A stretch of 64,000 nt of DNA, from positions 6,634,001-6,698,000 of the forward strand of contig CM059453.1 in assembly GCA_030390025.1 (NCBI GenBank). Direction: 5' to 3'. The position numbers were made by a program, and so were the translations under genes. The notes under the pieces are model-generated. The model ran no database searches. It was not told the DNA's origin and worked only from the letters and a program-made list of their open reading frames with translations. Below, one piece after another: positions 22,968 to 35,836 of the stretch (positions are counted from its first letter, which is position 1; every line of letters starts with the position of its first letter). The DNA is from Squalus acanthias (lineage: Eukaryota).

Positions 22968-25250
22968 GGCCCTGAATTTTCGATCAGTGGCTTCCTGCGG
23001 GCGGATGCCTCCGATCGGAAAAAAATCTACCAACTTACCTGCTGGTTCCGTCGATACGGAGGCTTGCGATCCTGGGCCTCTCCTCTTCGAAATGCGCAGA
23101 GGCCCAAATATCCCAGCGGCGCATGCGCTTCGCAAGATCCCCTCTGATCACGTGGGCCAGGCGAACCAATGGAAGAATGGAATCCCCCTCCATCCTTTTG
23201 ACTGTTCCTGAAGCACAGAACTGTCAAAAGTATGCATGGGGATGACTTCAAAAATGCACCAACACACTGAAATAAATAAAGAAAAACTAACACAAATGTA
23301 AAATTAATTAAAATGCAATTTTATTAAATATTTTAAACAAAACTTTATTTTTTTAAAAATTAAATTTAAATGTTTTAAAGCAGCTACAAATAACTTTACA
23401 TTATTGAAAAGGTTTTTCAATATTTAAAAGGTTTTAAAAATATTGTTAATGTTATTTTAAACTATTATACTGGACGTATTCATTCTATGGCCTTTCATCG
23501 GCATAAGTTGCGCAAAAAGCGCAATTCTCCACTCGCAGAGGCACAACTCCCGGTGATGCGGAGGATCTGTCAAGAAGATTCTTGACAGATCGCAAGTGCC
23601 GGGTATTAGCGCATTCGCTTCGCATGCCTAAACCCGGAAGTTGCGCGGCCACTACGGGTGCGTACACACCCATAGTGGACGCAAAATTCGGCGCCTTAAA
23701 ATCAGATGCTAAATTAGAGCGATCCAGAATTATGCACATAGACGAGTTCTGGCAGAGATCCAAATAATTTTAAGTTGTAAGCCCTGGTATTGTATTTTCT
23801 GAGTTGACAGAGTTTGCCATCGTAATCGCTTTGAGATGTGCTGTAATTCCAGATTTCTGGAACTTGCGAACTGTCAACGTAAGTATTGACAGGCCATCTG
23901 CAGGTGCTGCGATGACGCAATCGTTGGCGCAGAGTTGGGCTTTTTGCCCAATTGACCCCCCAGCAATTGTTCATGTAAGTCTTACGAATGATGCAAGCGA
24001 AGAACCTGTTTACATCAGCGTAAGGACATATCTAAGGCTTAAATAAAACATTTCAAAATCCAGATTGTATGCACATACACTGAATTAAATGTGTTTATGC
24101 AAATACTGGCCCGATACCTATTTTGAAGATGTATGAAATTATCAAATAAATATATTTTTGTTGGCCCTGAATTTGCGGTCGGAGGCGTACTTCCGGAGCA
24201 CACCTCTCACCTGCGAAACATTTCTGAACTTACCATTGGCTCCACAGCAACGGAGAGTTCGGATCCTGTGCCTCGTTGCGTACGCCTGCTAAAGGCTCCT
24301 GGATCCCAGGGACGCAGACAGTCCGGAAGCGTCCATGGGATCGTGCAGGCCGGGTCCTCCAAAGAGAATGGCGGATTCCATTGCAGTCATTTACGAAGGG
24401 AATCCGCTGATGAAGTGCAACGGAATCCACAAATAATTATACAATTCAGACTACTCTAATTATAATTAATGTTCTTTTTTTCAAATTTTATTCAAAGTCC
24501 CTCAATCACACCAAACAAAATAAATAAATATTTTTTCGAAAAATAATTTTAAACATGTTAAGCCGGGCCAATATTTGCATAACCGAATTTTAACTGTCTG
24601 TGCATCATTTTTTTCAATTTTACATTTTTAAATCAAGATTTATTTTAACAGTTACGCAATTGAAAGCAAGCCCTGCGCCTGCGTTTGCCAACCATCCGTG
24701 TTTCGTGGGCAATTGCTGGGCAGTAGTTCGGTAAATAGCTCAACTGTACGCCAGTGAATGTGATTTATCTGTCGGTTTTTTGGATCTGTCAAGGCGTACC
24801 TGGACAGATCGCAAGTTCCGTGTTTGCGCGCATGCGAATACATTTGTAGACTCGGTATTTGCGGGGTCGAAACTGAAGGATTAGGATGGCACAGGCTGAG
24901 CGTATGCCGTCAAAGACAGCATAAATTCTGGCCCATTGAGTTTGGTGGAATGAATTTTATTATAAATACAATTCCAATTCTGTTAATTGTGTAAGTTTCA
25001 CATTTGGGATTCCACTGCATGTCATTAGGGAATTCAATTCGTAAATGACTGCAATGGAATTCTCGTTTGTCATTGGAGGACCAGGCCCATGTGATCGCAG
25101 TACGCTTCCACACTGCCTGTGCCCCTGAGGATCGTGAGCCATTCGGCTACCCTTCGGCACGAGATCTGAGATCGCAACTTTTCACAGCCTGGCTCCAGCA
25201 GGTACCTTCGTAATTATATGGCGAGTCGGAGTCGTATTTCCAACCCATCA
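22968..25250. mobile_element. Cluster of non-autonomous TIR/MITE-like repeats (~22968-23695, 24163-24933, inverted partial 24935-25250)
   Basis: Ends ggccctgaattt...aaattc(t/g)g; AT-rich centres; shared internal gggacgcag...ggtcctccaa...cagtcattt segment, also at 28823-29532. Confidence 0.5.
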
Positions 25251-26360
25251 TTTTTTCGGACGTATTTGATTTGAGCAGTGATTGTGCATCTGGGTTAAAA
25301 AAAAACTCAGGACCTGTCAATCTGATTTCCGCCCACTCACGAAAACACGTGACTTTCTGCTTTTTTTGACGATTTAATTGGCTCCAATCAGGCTCCACCC
25401 ACATAGCTAGCCATGCACCCAGGTGAAATTGCGGGAGGGTGTAATTACAGTTTGATCAGTTCACACAGACAGGTTCCATTGGAAATGAGCCCAAAGGAAG
25501 TTATGGTGGGAAATGTTGACAGTAATTGCATCAGATGCATTTTTGAAATATTTTCTTATTCGATCTTCTGAGTCACTCGACGCGTGGCAGGTCAGAGAGT
25601 CAGTTCTCCATGACGTTTCTCATGAGGACTTCTCATTGCGAGTTTGCTTCCTCTATCTCCTCTTTCGCTACTCTCACTCTCTCGTTCACTCGTTCTCTGT
25701 TCTCTTGTGCTTCTCACCCATTAAATCTTTCCACTTCTGTCTCGCCGCCGTCCAATTCTCTATATTTCTGTCACTTTCTTATGTCCTTTCAGTGTCATTG
25801 GTATTGCATGGTACGGTTGCGGAAAGGAGTCACCATTGCCTGTATTTTGAATTTGTCCTGACATATTCAGGGAAAATGCGGCGACAACAATTCCCTTCCC
25901 ATCTGTTCCCCAATCACTTATGTTTCCCCAATCTCTTCAATCCAATCACATCGCCTACCCCGTCAACTTCCCACAACTCCCTCACTTTTCTATAATCGCC
26001 ACAGTACAAAATTACCCATTAATCTGTCAACTTTGACTTGCTCCTTTATTAACCGTCCGTTCACGAGAATAGTTTCTCACAAGGGTAAAGTCAGAGCTCC
26101 CTCTCTCGCAGCTTGTTTTCCCGGGCTCCATTCCCTGACGTTCCGATCCTCCTTTCCTCTTTCTTCCGCTAAAAGATGCATTGTTTGACTTCAAAATCAA
26201 CCTTTTTTTTAGGAAAGGAAAATATCTTACAATATAGAAATAAACCAGAAAGATAGCCGAGAATAGATAAATAGATCGATAGATAGATAGTTAGATAGAC
26301 AGCTAGAAAGATAGATCGTCATAACGGCAAAGAATGAGGCCATCAGCCGGAAAAGTCGTG

Positions 26361-26418
26361 CCCTCCATCGGGGAATTGAACCGCGGTCTCCCACGTAACA
26401 GGCGGGGATAGTCTCCCC
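26361..26418 (-). tRNA. tRNA-Asp-derived partial/pseudo-tRNA (anticodon reads GTT), cut by the assembly gap
   Basis: Reverse complement tatccccgcctgttacgtgggagaccgcggttcaattccccgatggaggg matches the 3' part of vertebrate tRNA-Asp(GTC); TTTT lies just downstream. Confidence 0.8.
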
Positions 26419-27099
26419 NNNNNNNNNNNNNNNNNNNNNNNNNNNNNNNNNNNNNNNNNNNNNNNNNNNNNNNNNNNNNNNNNNNNNNNNNNNNNNNNNN
26501 NNNNNNNNNNNNNNNNNNNNNNNNNNNNNNNNNNNNNNNNNNNNNNNNNNNNNNNNNNNNNNNNNNNNNNNNNNNNNNNNNNNNNNNNNNNNNNNNNNNN
26601 NNNNNNNNNNNNNNNNNNNNNNNNNNNNNNNNNNNNNNNNNNNNNNNNNNNNNNNNNNNNNNNNNNNNNNNNNNNNNNNNNNNNNNNNNNNNNNNNNNNN
26701 NNNNNNNNNNNNNNNNNNNNNNNNNNNNNNNNNNNNNNNNNNNNNNNNNNNNNNNNNNNNNNNNNNNNNNNNNNNNNNNNNNNNNNNNNNNNNNNNNNNN
26801 NNNNNNNNNNNNNNNNNNNNNNNNNNNNNNNNNNNNNNNNNNNNNNNNNNNNNNNNNNNNNNNNNNNNNNNNNNNNNNNNNNNNNNNNNNNNNNNNNNNN
26901 NNNNNNNNNNNNNNNNNNNNNNNNNNNNNNNNNNNNNNNNNNNNNNNNNNNNNNNNNNNNNNNNNNNNNNNNNNNNNNNNNNNNNNNNNNNNNNNNNNNN
27001 NNNNNNNNNNNNNNNNNNNNNNNNNNNNNNNNNNNNNNNNNNNNNNNNNNNNNNNNNNNNNNNNNNNNNNNNNNNNNNNNNNNNNNNNNNNNNNNNNNN
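26419..27099. other. Assembly gap (681 N)
   Basis: Run of N. Confidence 1.
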
Positions 27100-27456
27100 T
27101 TAGTAATCCTTTGTTCAAATCATCAATTACACTCCGCCACAAAAGTAGAGCTGTGGATTCTGCTTTAATTTGTTTCATACTAATGGACATTCCAATTAGA
27201 TCGGCCGAGCTCATGTTAATAATCTACACCGATGTCTTTTCAATGTGCTGTTTAGAATTCCAACGGTATTCTGACACAGTGACATCTCAACACTAGTTTC
27301 TCCCTAGCACCGATCCTCAGAATGCCATTTCAAGTTTTATATGTTTTTAACATTCGTAATTTATTGTCACACTGTATCAATCTGAGGCTAGTATATTATT
27401 CATGCACAAGTATCACACTGCGCCATTTAAAGCCACTCCTGTACTTGTAGATAAGT

Positions 27457-28575
27457 GAGAAGTCGCACAACACCAGGTTATAGTCCAACAGTTTTATTTC
27501 AAATCACAAGCTTTTGGAGCGGCTGCTCCTTCGTCAGGTGAAGTAAAGGAATACAAATCGACAAAGCATATATAGATAGAGAACAATGCATGTGTAACGT
27601 ACAATGGTAGACGACTACATTTAATCCTCCTGACTGCCTTTTGTCACACCTCGGCAGATAAACAATCAGGTCAGCCAGGAAGGCAAAACAGCAAAGACAT
27701 AGCAAGATACAACTGAGGCAATGAGGTGGGGTTACAGGGGATCTAATGTGTCAAAAGCTGCAGTCTGTAGGGAAAACGATAAACTTTAAAATGTTTCCTT
27801 TTTTTTTACTGGAAATCACATCTGTGAACAAGCCAACGATGACTCGAGTCTGGATGACTCTTCGTCATGTATCGTGACATGAACACAAGATCCCGGTTGA
27901 GACCGTCCTCATGAGTGCGGAACTTGGCTATCAGTTTCTGCTCGATGATTTTGCGTTGTCGTGTGTCTCTAAGGCCACCTTGGAGAACACTTACCCGCTG
28001 ATCCGAGGCTGAATGTCCTTGACTGCTGAAGTGTTCCCCGACTTGGAGGTAACAATCGTGCCTGGCGATTGTTGCACGGTGTCCGTTCATACGTTGTCTG
28101 AGTGTGTGCATGGTCTCGCCGATGTACCATGCCGCGGTGCATTCTTTCCTGCAACGTTTCAGGTAGACAATGTTGGCCGAGTCACATGAGTATGTACCAT
28201 GTACCTGGTGGGTAGTGTCCTCACGTGTGATGATGGTATCTGTGTTGATGATCTGGCATGTCTTGCAGACGTTGCCGTGGCAGGGTTGTGTGGTGTCGTG
28301 CTCGCTGTTATCCAGAAAGCTGGGTAATTTGCTGTGAACGATGGTACTTTTGAGGTTAGGCGGCTGTTTGAAGGCAAGTAGTGGAGGCGTGGGCATGGCC
28401 TTAGCAAGGTGTTCGTCGTCATCGATGACACGTTGAAGGCTGCAAAGAACATGGCGTAGTTTCTCAGCTCCGGGGAAGTACTGGAAGACGTAGGGTACCC
28501 TATTGGTTGTGTCCGGTGTTTGCCTTCTAAGGAGATCTGTGCGATTTTTCGCTGTGGCCCGTCGGAACTTGTACC
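27457..28575 (-). mobile_element. Penelope-like retroelement 3' portion with GIY-YIG endonuclease and terminal repeat
   Basis: ORF 27806..28693: CxxC, NIVY...WYIGET..LRQRMNGHR..HF...EQKLIAKF..GLN. Terminal repeat with a hammerhead-like motif at 27505-27540. Confidence 0.92.
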
Positions 28576-28822
28576 TGGTCGAACAATATATTTTAAATGC
28601 TGTAAATTTTCCATTTCTTATCATCCAAAAAAATCTCGAATAATCAAAGAGAAGAATTCCATCTGTGTCCCTTGAATGAAACTTTGAGCTCATCGATTTT
28701 CATTTTGACTTTTCATGAATTCCTGCACTGCTGCTTGTTGAAAATGAAGAGCCAGCAATAAGCTAATGCGAATATTGTCGATTATTATTAATAGTTTTAA
28801 TTCAGGAAAAGACTGGGCCTAA

Positions 28823-29532
28823 TGGGGAAGAAATTGCGCTTTGTGGTGTTCCTCCAGAGTACGCCGCCGACCGGTGAAAGAATTAGGCACCTACCTGATG
28901 GCAGCAAGGTTGCGAAAACTTGCTGTCAGATAATGGGAGGCGGAGGGCAATAAAAGGGCTTAAAGATCCCAGGGACGCAGGCGGTGCGGAAGTGTACCTG
29001 GGGTCGTGGGCCAGGTCCTCCAATCACAAAGCAGAATTCGATTTTAATCATTTCCGAAGGGATACCAGTAATGAGATGTAATAGAATCACAAAACCAGGC
29101 GAATTACAATTTACAGAATTGGAATTTAGATCGTAATTAGCATCATTCCACCAACCTCACTAAAAATTTATTTTTTCATAATAATTTTCAACATCTTTAA
29201 AACTATAATCTGGGCCAATATTTGCGGAAACTCATTTTATGCAGTGTATGTGTATAATTTACGGCATTAACATGTTTCAATCATGCCTGAAAAATCCCCT
29301 TACGCAGATGCAAACATACCCTTCGCCTGTGCGCATCAACCGTAAAATTTCCATGTGTATTTTAAGGCCAGCAATTGCTTTCTCTTGGTCAGCGCGGCTG
29401 GCCTGTCAACACGTACGCTGACAGACAGCAAGATCCAGAAAGCGCATGCAGAAATCCCGAACTTGCGGTGGATTTCAAAGGAGGAATTGCACCGTAACAA
29501 ACCCCGCAACACCAACTACAAAATCCGGGCCA
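28823..29532 (+). mobile_element. MITE-like repeat, same family as 24163-24933
   Basis: Shared atcccagggacgcag...ggtcctccaa segment and aaaatccgggcc end. Confidence 0.5.
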
Positions 29533-32204
29533 ATATACAATATTGTGGCTAAAGGGCACTGTGTGTGAAACTTGAGAGAACTAATTTTTACATCGCCTAC
29601 CTTCACCAATTGAAAAATAACTCAGTGAAATGCGATGGGATCTCTTTTTTTGATAACTTTAAGAGTTTGAGATGGAGAGTTTGAGCAGTGCCTCGGATAG
29701 GGAATAGGACAAATATCAAAATGGGTCATCTTTAATTCATCGTTAAACTGACAGTAATTCAGAGCGAGGTTACAAAGGCGTGAAACTATTTAAACGTCAC
29801 ACTTCTGCAGGAGAGCTGTTGAACTGCGACTGTTGTAAACCAAACAGAGACAAGAGATGCACCGTGTGATGTGCGCATTGGCACCTGCAATGGTTCCTTA
29901 AGATTATTCCCAATTTGTATTCCCAGTGAAATCGAAAAGAGTTGAACACTGATCGCATACAAGCCAAAAGTATTTGCTAATGGATCCAATCTAGCAGTGT
30001 GCACTGTTTATAAATGGGAAAAAGCGCCATTAAATATACGTCACAGGCTGAAATCTAACGAAGAGGTTCGAATGTGTACATGAACAGATACGCAACAATG
30101 CCTTGTTTTGGGTGGTTTATATGTAGAATAACGGTTACCCGGGAATGAGTTACAAGGTGGAATCTAATCGAAGGTTTCGTGTGGTTTATATATAGAAAGT
30201 GCTGTGCAACCAATTGATTTATTATGTACTAATTGCCTTGCTGGTTTATATCAGAGCTAACACATGCGTTCTGATGGTGAAGTCTGCGCCAGGTGTAAAG
30301 CGGTCCCATGCTTCAAGCGCAGGTCTTTGCAAGCCTGGCAGCGGCCGCACTTTGAATGACATCGACGATAAATGGAAATAAACAGCCAGTGAAGCAATTT
30401 CTGATCACTGCCGAGTGACGCCTTCCAACCTGATAACCGTACCCGTATCTTGGCTTAGTAAGTCCAGGGCGAGGCACAACTGTGAGCACTGAGTCAATTG
30501 GCAGCCACTACGCTTGAGTTTACAATGTTCACTGGATCCAAGAGAACAATTGAATGTACAATAACCGTGCGCTAGCCAAATTAGATATTCATCGCAGGCG
30601 GTAGCGTAAAACTGGCATTAACGCATTGCAGGGAATCAAATAGTAAGAGGGGCGTATGACTGGCGGACGTTCCGTTTTGCACTTCCGCCCAAGAAAAATC
30701 CTACTCCAACGTGTTCTGAAACGGAAGGATACATTGGGAACAGACAAGAACAGTCAGTTAGTTGTAAGTAGCATTAGATCTCCCGTCTACTGACAGTGTA
30801 TAATGGAATCAAATACAGTGGACCCACCGCGCCACATACTGGACGTAGCCAGATACTGCACATCCATCCGAACTCGCCATAATAACTATATTTGCATGTC
30901 GCTGACACACAGAATGTAAAGGTAAGAGAGACCAGAGTGAGTCACTCTATCCCCGTATGCTGTGTTTCCCAACACTGATTCTGTTTAAATCGAAGCAGAA
31001 ATCCTTCTTGGTATCGCTGTACCACGAGTTCTTTGTGTATCTGTACCACGTGTTCTTTTTTTCTCTGTACCAGGTGTTCTTATTGGATCGGTACCAAGTG
31101 TTCTAGGTGTATCTGTACCACGTGTTCTTTGTCTACCTGTACCCCGTTTTATTTCTGTATCTGTACCACGTTTCCTCTTTTATATGCTGCACGTGTTGTT
31201 TCTCTTGCAAAGAGACGAGCGAATATGCAGCTATTAAATTTACCTGAAAAGGACCAGAACTTAGAGAGGACGTTTCTCTGAATCTCAAAATTTTAGTTTC
31301 TTTGTCTAAACGAACCAATTGTAACAACGAAGAGATACGACACGTTTTTGCAATCAAGACATTGGAAACACTCGTTGTTCTTGCTTTCAGTATTTGCCCC
31401 AGTATTCTCCACTTCAAACTTGAACCATAGCTGGAGTTCGATTTCACCATATTTTCGCTTAAGCTACTTTTTTTGCAGATGCCTCCCTTCACTACGAGGT
31501 TTGTCCCGAGGCCCAATACCCCGGAGTCTACTCCTGTCCTCACAGGATATTGAAAAGTCTACTTGCAGCACGGCTCACTGAACAGCGATAAATACTGTGG
31601 TTGAATTGCCCCTCTCTGACCAAGGGATCCGAGTCCATTTGAATTCCCTGAGCCAAGATTGATCAATGAACGAATTGATTACTTTCGGAGCTGCAGTGCT
31701 CAACTGCATCGATTAAAGCCATTGAGAGCAATTGTGCGATGCAGCGCACTGCCATCCCGGGTAACCTAAAGCTGATTTATTTGCGAAGACGGAAGCGTCC
31801 GCGGACGAAGGAATGGGGAGTAACGGGAAACCGTGCACTCTGGTCTCCATAATGCTACATTTCCGAGTGTCCAACCGATAGATACAGTGCAAGGGAAATC
31901 TGACGGATACTTCACAGCCTTCTCATCGGATTAGACATGTTAAACACGCTGTTCACTGATGGAAGTTTTGGACCAATGGGTGCAGTGCAGTCCCATGTTG
32001 CGGCCTCTGAGCACAATAAAATTCAAGTTACTGCCTTTGTGTTGACTATTGCCTGTTATTGAATCACTCTGAGCTGCTTCCAACGCTATTATTCAATGTA
32101 TTAATAGACTATTAATCAGGAGAGCCAACCGGGTTATTGAAGCGATTTCACTATAAGAATGATTTGTAAATATTTTTTGGGCAATTTGCAGGACCACATA
32201 ATGT

Positions 32205-32690
32205 ATGTGTTACTGGAGTAGTAAACCAGAGGTCTGGACGAATGATCCAGAGACATGAGTTCAAATCCGCACGGCAGCTGGGGGAATTTCAATTCAGTTA
32301 ATTAAATAAATCTGGAATAGAAAGCTAGTATCAGTAATGCTGACTATGAAACTAACCGATTGTCGGAAAAACCCAATTCGTTCACTAATGTCCTTTAGGG
32401 CAGGAAATCTGCCGTCCTTACCCGGTCTGGCCTACATGTGACTCCCAAAACACAGCAATGTGGTTAACTCTTAACTGCCCTCTGAAATGGCGGAGCAAGC
32501 AACTCAGTTAAGGGCAATTAGTGATAGGCAATAAATGCTGGCCTTGACAGCGACGCCCACATCCCGTGAATGAATAAACAAAAATATTGCACCTGTTCAA
32601 AAGGCGCCTCAGCACACCATTCTCAAGGGAAACTAGGGATGGGCAATAAATGCCGGATTTGCCAGAAACGCCCCCTGCCGAGAGTTATTT
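32205..32690 (+). mobile_element. tRNA-derived SINE with LINE-type 3' tail (tail duplicated)
   Basis: B-box-like gagttcaaatcc; tail gggcaatta.gat.ggcaataaatgctggcc...gacgcccacatccc shared with the LINE at 58160-58640. Confidence 0.7.
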
Positions 32691-33739
32691 TAAAAATGTT
32701 CCTGCATTTTTCCCACGGCCAATTTTCCAATTATGCCCCCTTCTGAACATGTTGTTTCTTGTTGAAATGTGATTCCCGCCGGTAGCTCTCAAATAATCAG
32801 ATCTTAGCTGGCAAGACTCAAAGCGATTATCGGCGGGATTTTTAACAGGAGCGGGAGCCCTGACTGACCTTTAAGTGCCTAGCACATTACAGCTAGGCAG
32901 CGGACAGACTAATTGCTGTATTGGTCCTTGGTTTTTCAGAATTTTGGACAGTCTACAATGGGAATTTATATTGCAGTTTGTTGTAATTTCGCTGATTCCT
33001 CCTGCAGCCCGAGCTCTTGCTTGTTCCATGTTCTGTGTGAATGAAGGCTTCTCAATCCAACATCGCCAGGTAGTGGCAGGGCGAGAGCATTACACAGGCG
33101 ATCTGTCACTGTATCATCAGACACATCTGAGTCCAACACGGGTAGAAATCCCGCATCTTGCGCAGACAAACTGCTAGTTTACCTCACCCTCCCCAACATA
33201 GACTGTTGAAGTATGTACAGGTGCGTTAACCGAAGCAGATTTGGGTGGAAAATGTGCTCTGCTTGATGCGATGCACTTGCTTCCTTTGTCCATTAGATGG
33301 CGTTCGCTGTGATCTGGTCGGTTTGCGCACATCCTGTCGATGGAATGAACAGCGCCAATTCCATTTGAACCACTTTGCAGAGAAAGCAGAGGAAGCTTCA
33401 TTTAGCTGAGTGGAATCTTAACCAGAAAACGTAGTGAAGCTTGTAAAGTTCCTGTTGGAATACCTGTTCCTATTAGCAATACATCCTGTGTGTATTAGGT
33501 AGAATTATATTAAAGAGTGGCGATTTAACAAGTTGAATCTTTGCTTCACTTCATGCTTCTAACCTGGTTGCCGTTTGTACACAGTTACGGGGCCTCGTTT
33601 AACATCTAATCGAAAGAACAGGTCTTCCCGCAATGTTGCACCCTTCACGGTCATTTTATGGCAATCAGCGTGCTTTTTTAATTTAACTGGGACTTTGGAA
33701 TGTGTTACACTCTGCCGGCAAATAAGTTATTGTAAAATA

Positions 33740-34295
33740 AATACAAAACCATATTATTGTGGATGCTGGAAATCTGAAATGAAAACAGAAAATGCTGGAA
33801 ATACAAAGCAGCTCAGGCAGCATCCGTGGAGAGAGCAACAGAGTTAACGTTTAAGGTCGGTGAATTTTCATGAGAACTAGAAGAGGTTAGAGATGTAATA
33901 GGTTGTAAGCAAGTGCAGAGGCAGGGAAAGGGGGAGGGGAGGAAAGAACAAGAGCGAAGTTCTGTGATAGGGTGACGGCAGTCGAGATTAAATGACAAAA
34001 AGCATGATGGTGCGAGGTGAAAGTTTATGGTATGGGACAAGTAAATAAACAAAAGGTGGATTTAGAGGAGATGTAAATGGGCATAGCAGAATCATCAGCA
34101 AAAGCTTCCGTCCGAAAAAATGCGGGCAGAGATTATGAACTGAAATTGTGGAACTCAATGTTGAGTCCGGAAGGCTGTAAAGTGCCTAATCGAAAGATGA
34201 GGAGCTGTTCCTTGAGGTTCCATTGAGCTTTATTGGAACAATGTAGGAAGTGGAGGACAGAGAGGTCAGAGTGGGAATGGGGAGCTGAATTAAAG
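33740..34295 (-). mobile_element. Second Penelope-like family fragment (GIY-YIG C-terminus plus terminal repeat)
   Basis: KEQLLIFRLGTLQPSGLNIEF in ORF 34133..34474; ggatgctggaaatctgaaat...gcagcatc terminal sequence. Confidence 0.75.
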
Positions 34296-34794
34296 TTTGT
34301 TTCTTGCTGTCCCATTCGGTTGTGACTGCAGTGACAGTAATCCAGAGAACCAAATTTCAAATCCAAACATGGCAGTTTCAGAATGTGAATGCAGGTTTTA
34401 CAAATCAGCACGTAAAAAAGCTGGAATCCCTGAGTGTGACCTTGCAGCTGTTGAATGCCACTCAGTCGAATCAAACTCAGTGCAGCCTTGGATGAGAATT
34501 AAATACATTTTTTGCCATCGTATGTCTAGGTAGCGTGTCGAAAAATATTCTAAGCATGAAGCTCAAGTTGAATTACTCGCAGTCCCACCTCTTTATAATT
34601 CCATCCTTTCAGAAGGAAAGCGATGTAATCAGAATAAATATTTATGAAAGTTTAGCTGCTGTAGTGAAGGAACCTGTGGTAGTTGACAGTAAGGTGAAGG
34701 TTTATTACACTGGGCTGGGAGACGGTGCAAATCTAAGCCCACAAACGAAAGAGAGAGTCAACGCTATCCGGCAGGGCTTTTTAACCACATAATG

Positions 34795-35836
34795 GGGAGG
34801 GGTCCCCCTCCAGAGACTTGAGCACACAAATCTAGGCTGACACTCCAGTGCAGTACTGAGGGAGCGCTGCACTGTCGGACGGGCAGTACTGAAGGAGGGC
34901 CGCACTGTTGGAGGGGCAGTGCTGGGGAAGCGCCGCACTATTGGAGGGACACTAATAGGGGAGCGCTGCACAGTGGGAGGGGCAGTACTGAGGGAGCGCT
35001 GCACTGTCGGCGTGGCAGTCCTGAGGGAGCGTGGCATTGTCGGAGCACTGTCGCAGGGCCAATACTGAGGGAGCGCCACCCTGTCGGAGGGGCAGTACTG
35101 AGTGAGCGCTGCACTGTCGGAGGGGCAGTACAGAGGGAGTGCCGCACTGTCGGAGGGGCAGTACTGAGGGAGCGCTGCACTGTCGGAGGGGCAGTACTGA
35201 GGGAGCGCTGCACTGTCGGAGGGGCAGTACTGAGTGAGCGCTGCACTGTCGGAGGGGCAGTACTGAGGGAGCGCTGCACTGTCGGAGGGGCAGTACTGAG
35301 GGAGCGCCGCACTGTCGGAGGGGCAGTACTGAGTGAGCGCTGCACTGTCGGAGGGGCAGTACAGAGGGAGTGCCGCACTGTCGGAGGGGCAGTACTGAGG
35401 GAGCGCTGCACTGTCGGAGGGGCAGTACTGAGGGAGCGCTGCACTGTCGGAGGGGCAGTACTGAGTGAGCGCTGCACTGTCGGAGGGGCAGTACTGAGGG
35501 AGCGCTGCACTGTCGGAGGGGCAGTACTGAGGGAGCGCCGCGCTTTCGGAGGGGCAGTAATGAGGGAGCGCTGCACTGTCGGAGTTGCCGCCTTTCAGAT
35601 GAGAAGTTAAAGCAAGGCCCCATCTGCCCTCACAGGTGGACTGAAAGATCCAATTGCCACTATTTCGAAGAAGAGCAGGGGAAAAATCTGGTCACTATCA
35701 AATTGCTGTTTTTGGGAGCTTACTGTGCGCAAATTCGCTGCCACGTTTCCTAAATTACAACAGTGTCCTCACTTCGAAAGTACTTCATTGGCTGTAAATC
35801 ATTTGGGACTTCCTAAATGGCGCTATAGAAATGCAA
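34795..35836 (+). mobile_element. Deu-domain SINE with an expanded internal 33-bp minisatellite (~22 units, ~34850-35585)
   Basis: Repeated cagtactgagggagcgctgcactgtcggagggg, which gives the 11-aa periodic ORFs; SINE head and body flank the array. Confidence 0.85.

Noticed and set aside
26303-27214. 303-aa ORF
   Set aside because: Artefact of translating through the N gap.
31010-31200. Cys-rich ORF 31033..31281
   Set aside because: Low-complexity tctgtaccacgtgttc-type tandem repeat.
31484-31560. Rearranging Ig/TCR J segment (GLGTNLVVK)
   Set aside because: No heptamer-12/23-nonamer RSS upstream and no GT donor after it; kept only as a possible decayed VJ-type domain.
34705-35623. Long ORFs of 124-223 aa (STAPPTVQRSL / QCSAPSVLPLR repeats) as mucin-like genes
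   Set aside because: They are translations of the 33-bp SINE minisatellite, open in several frames.
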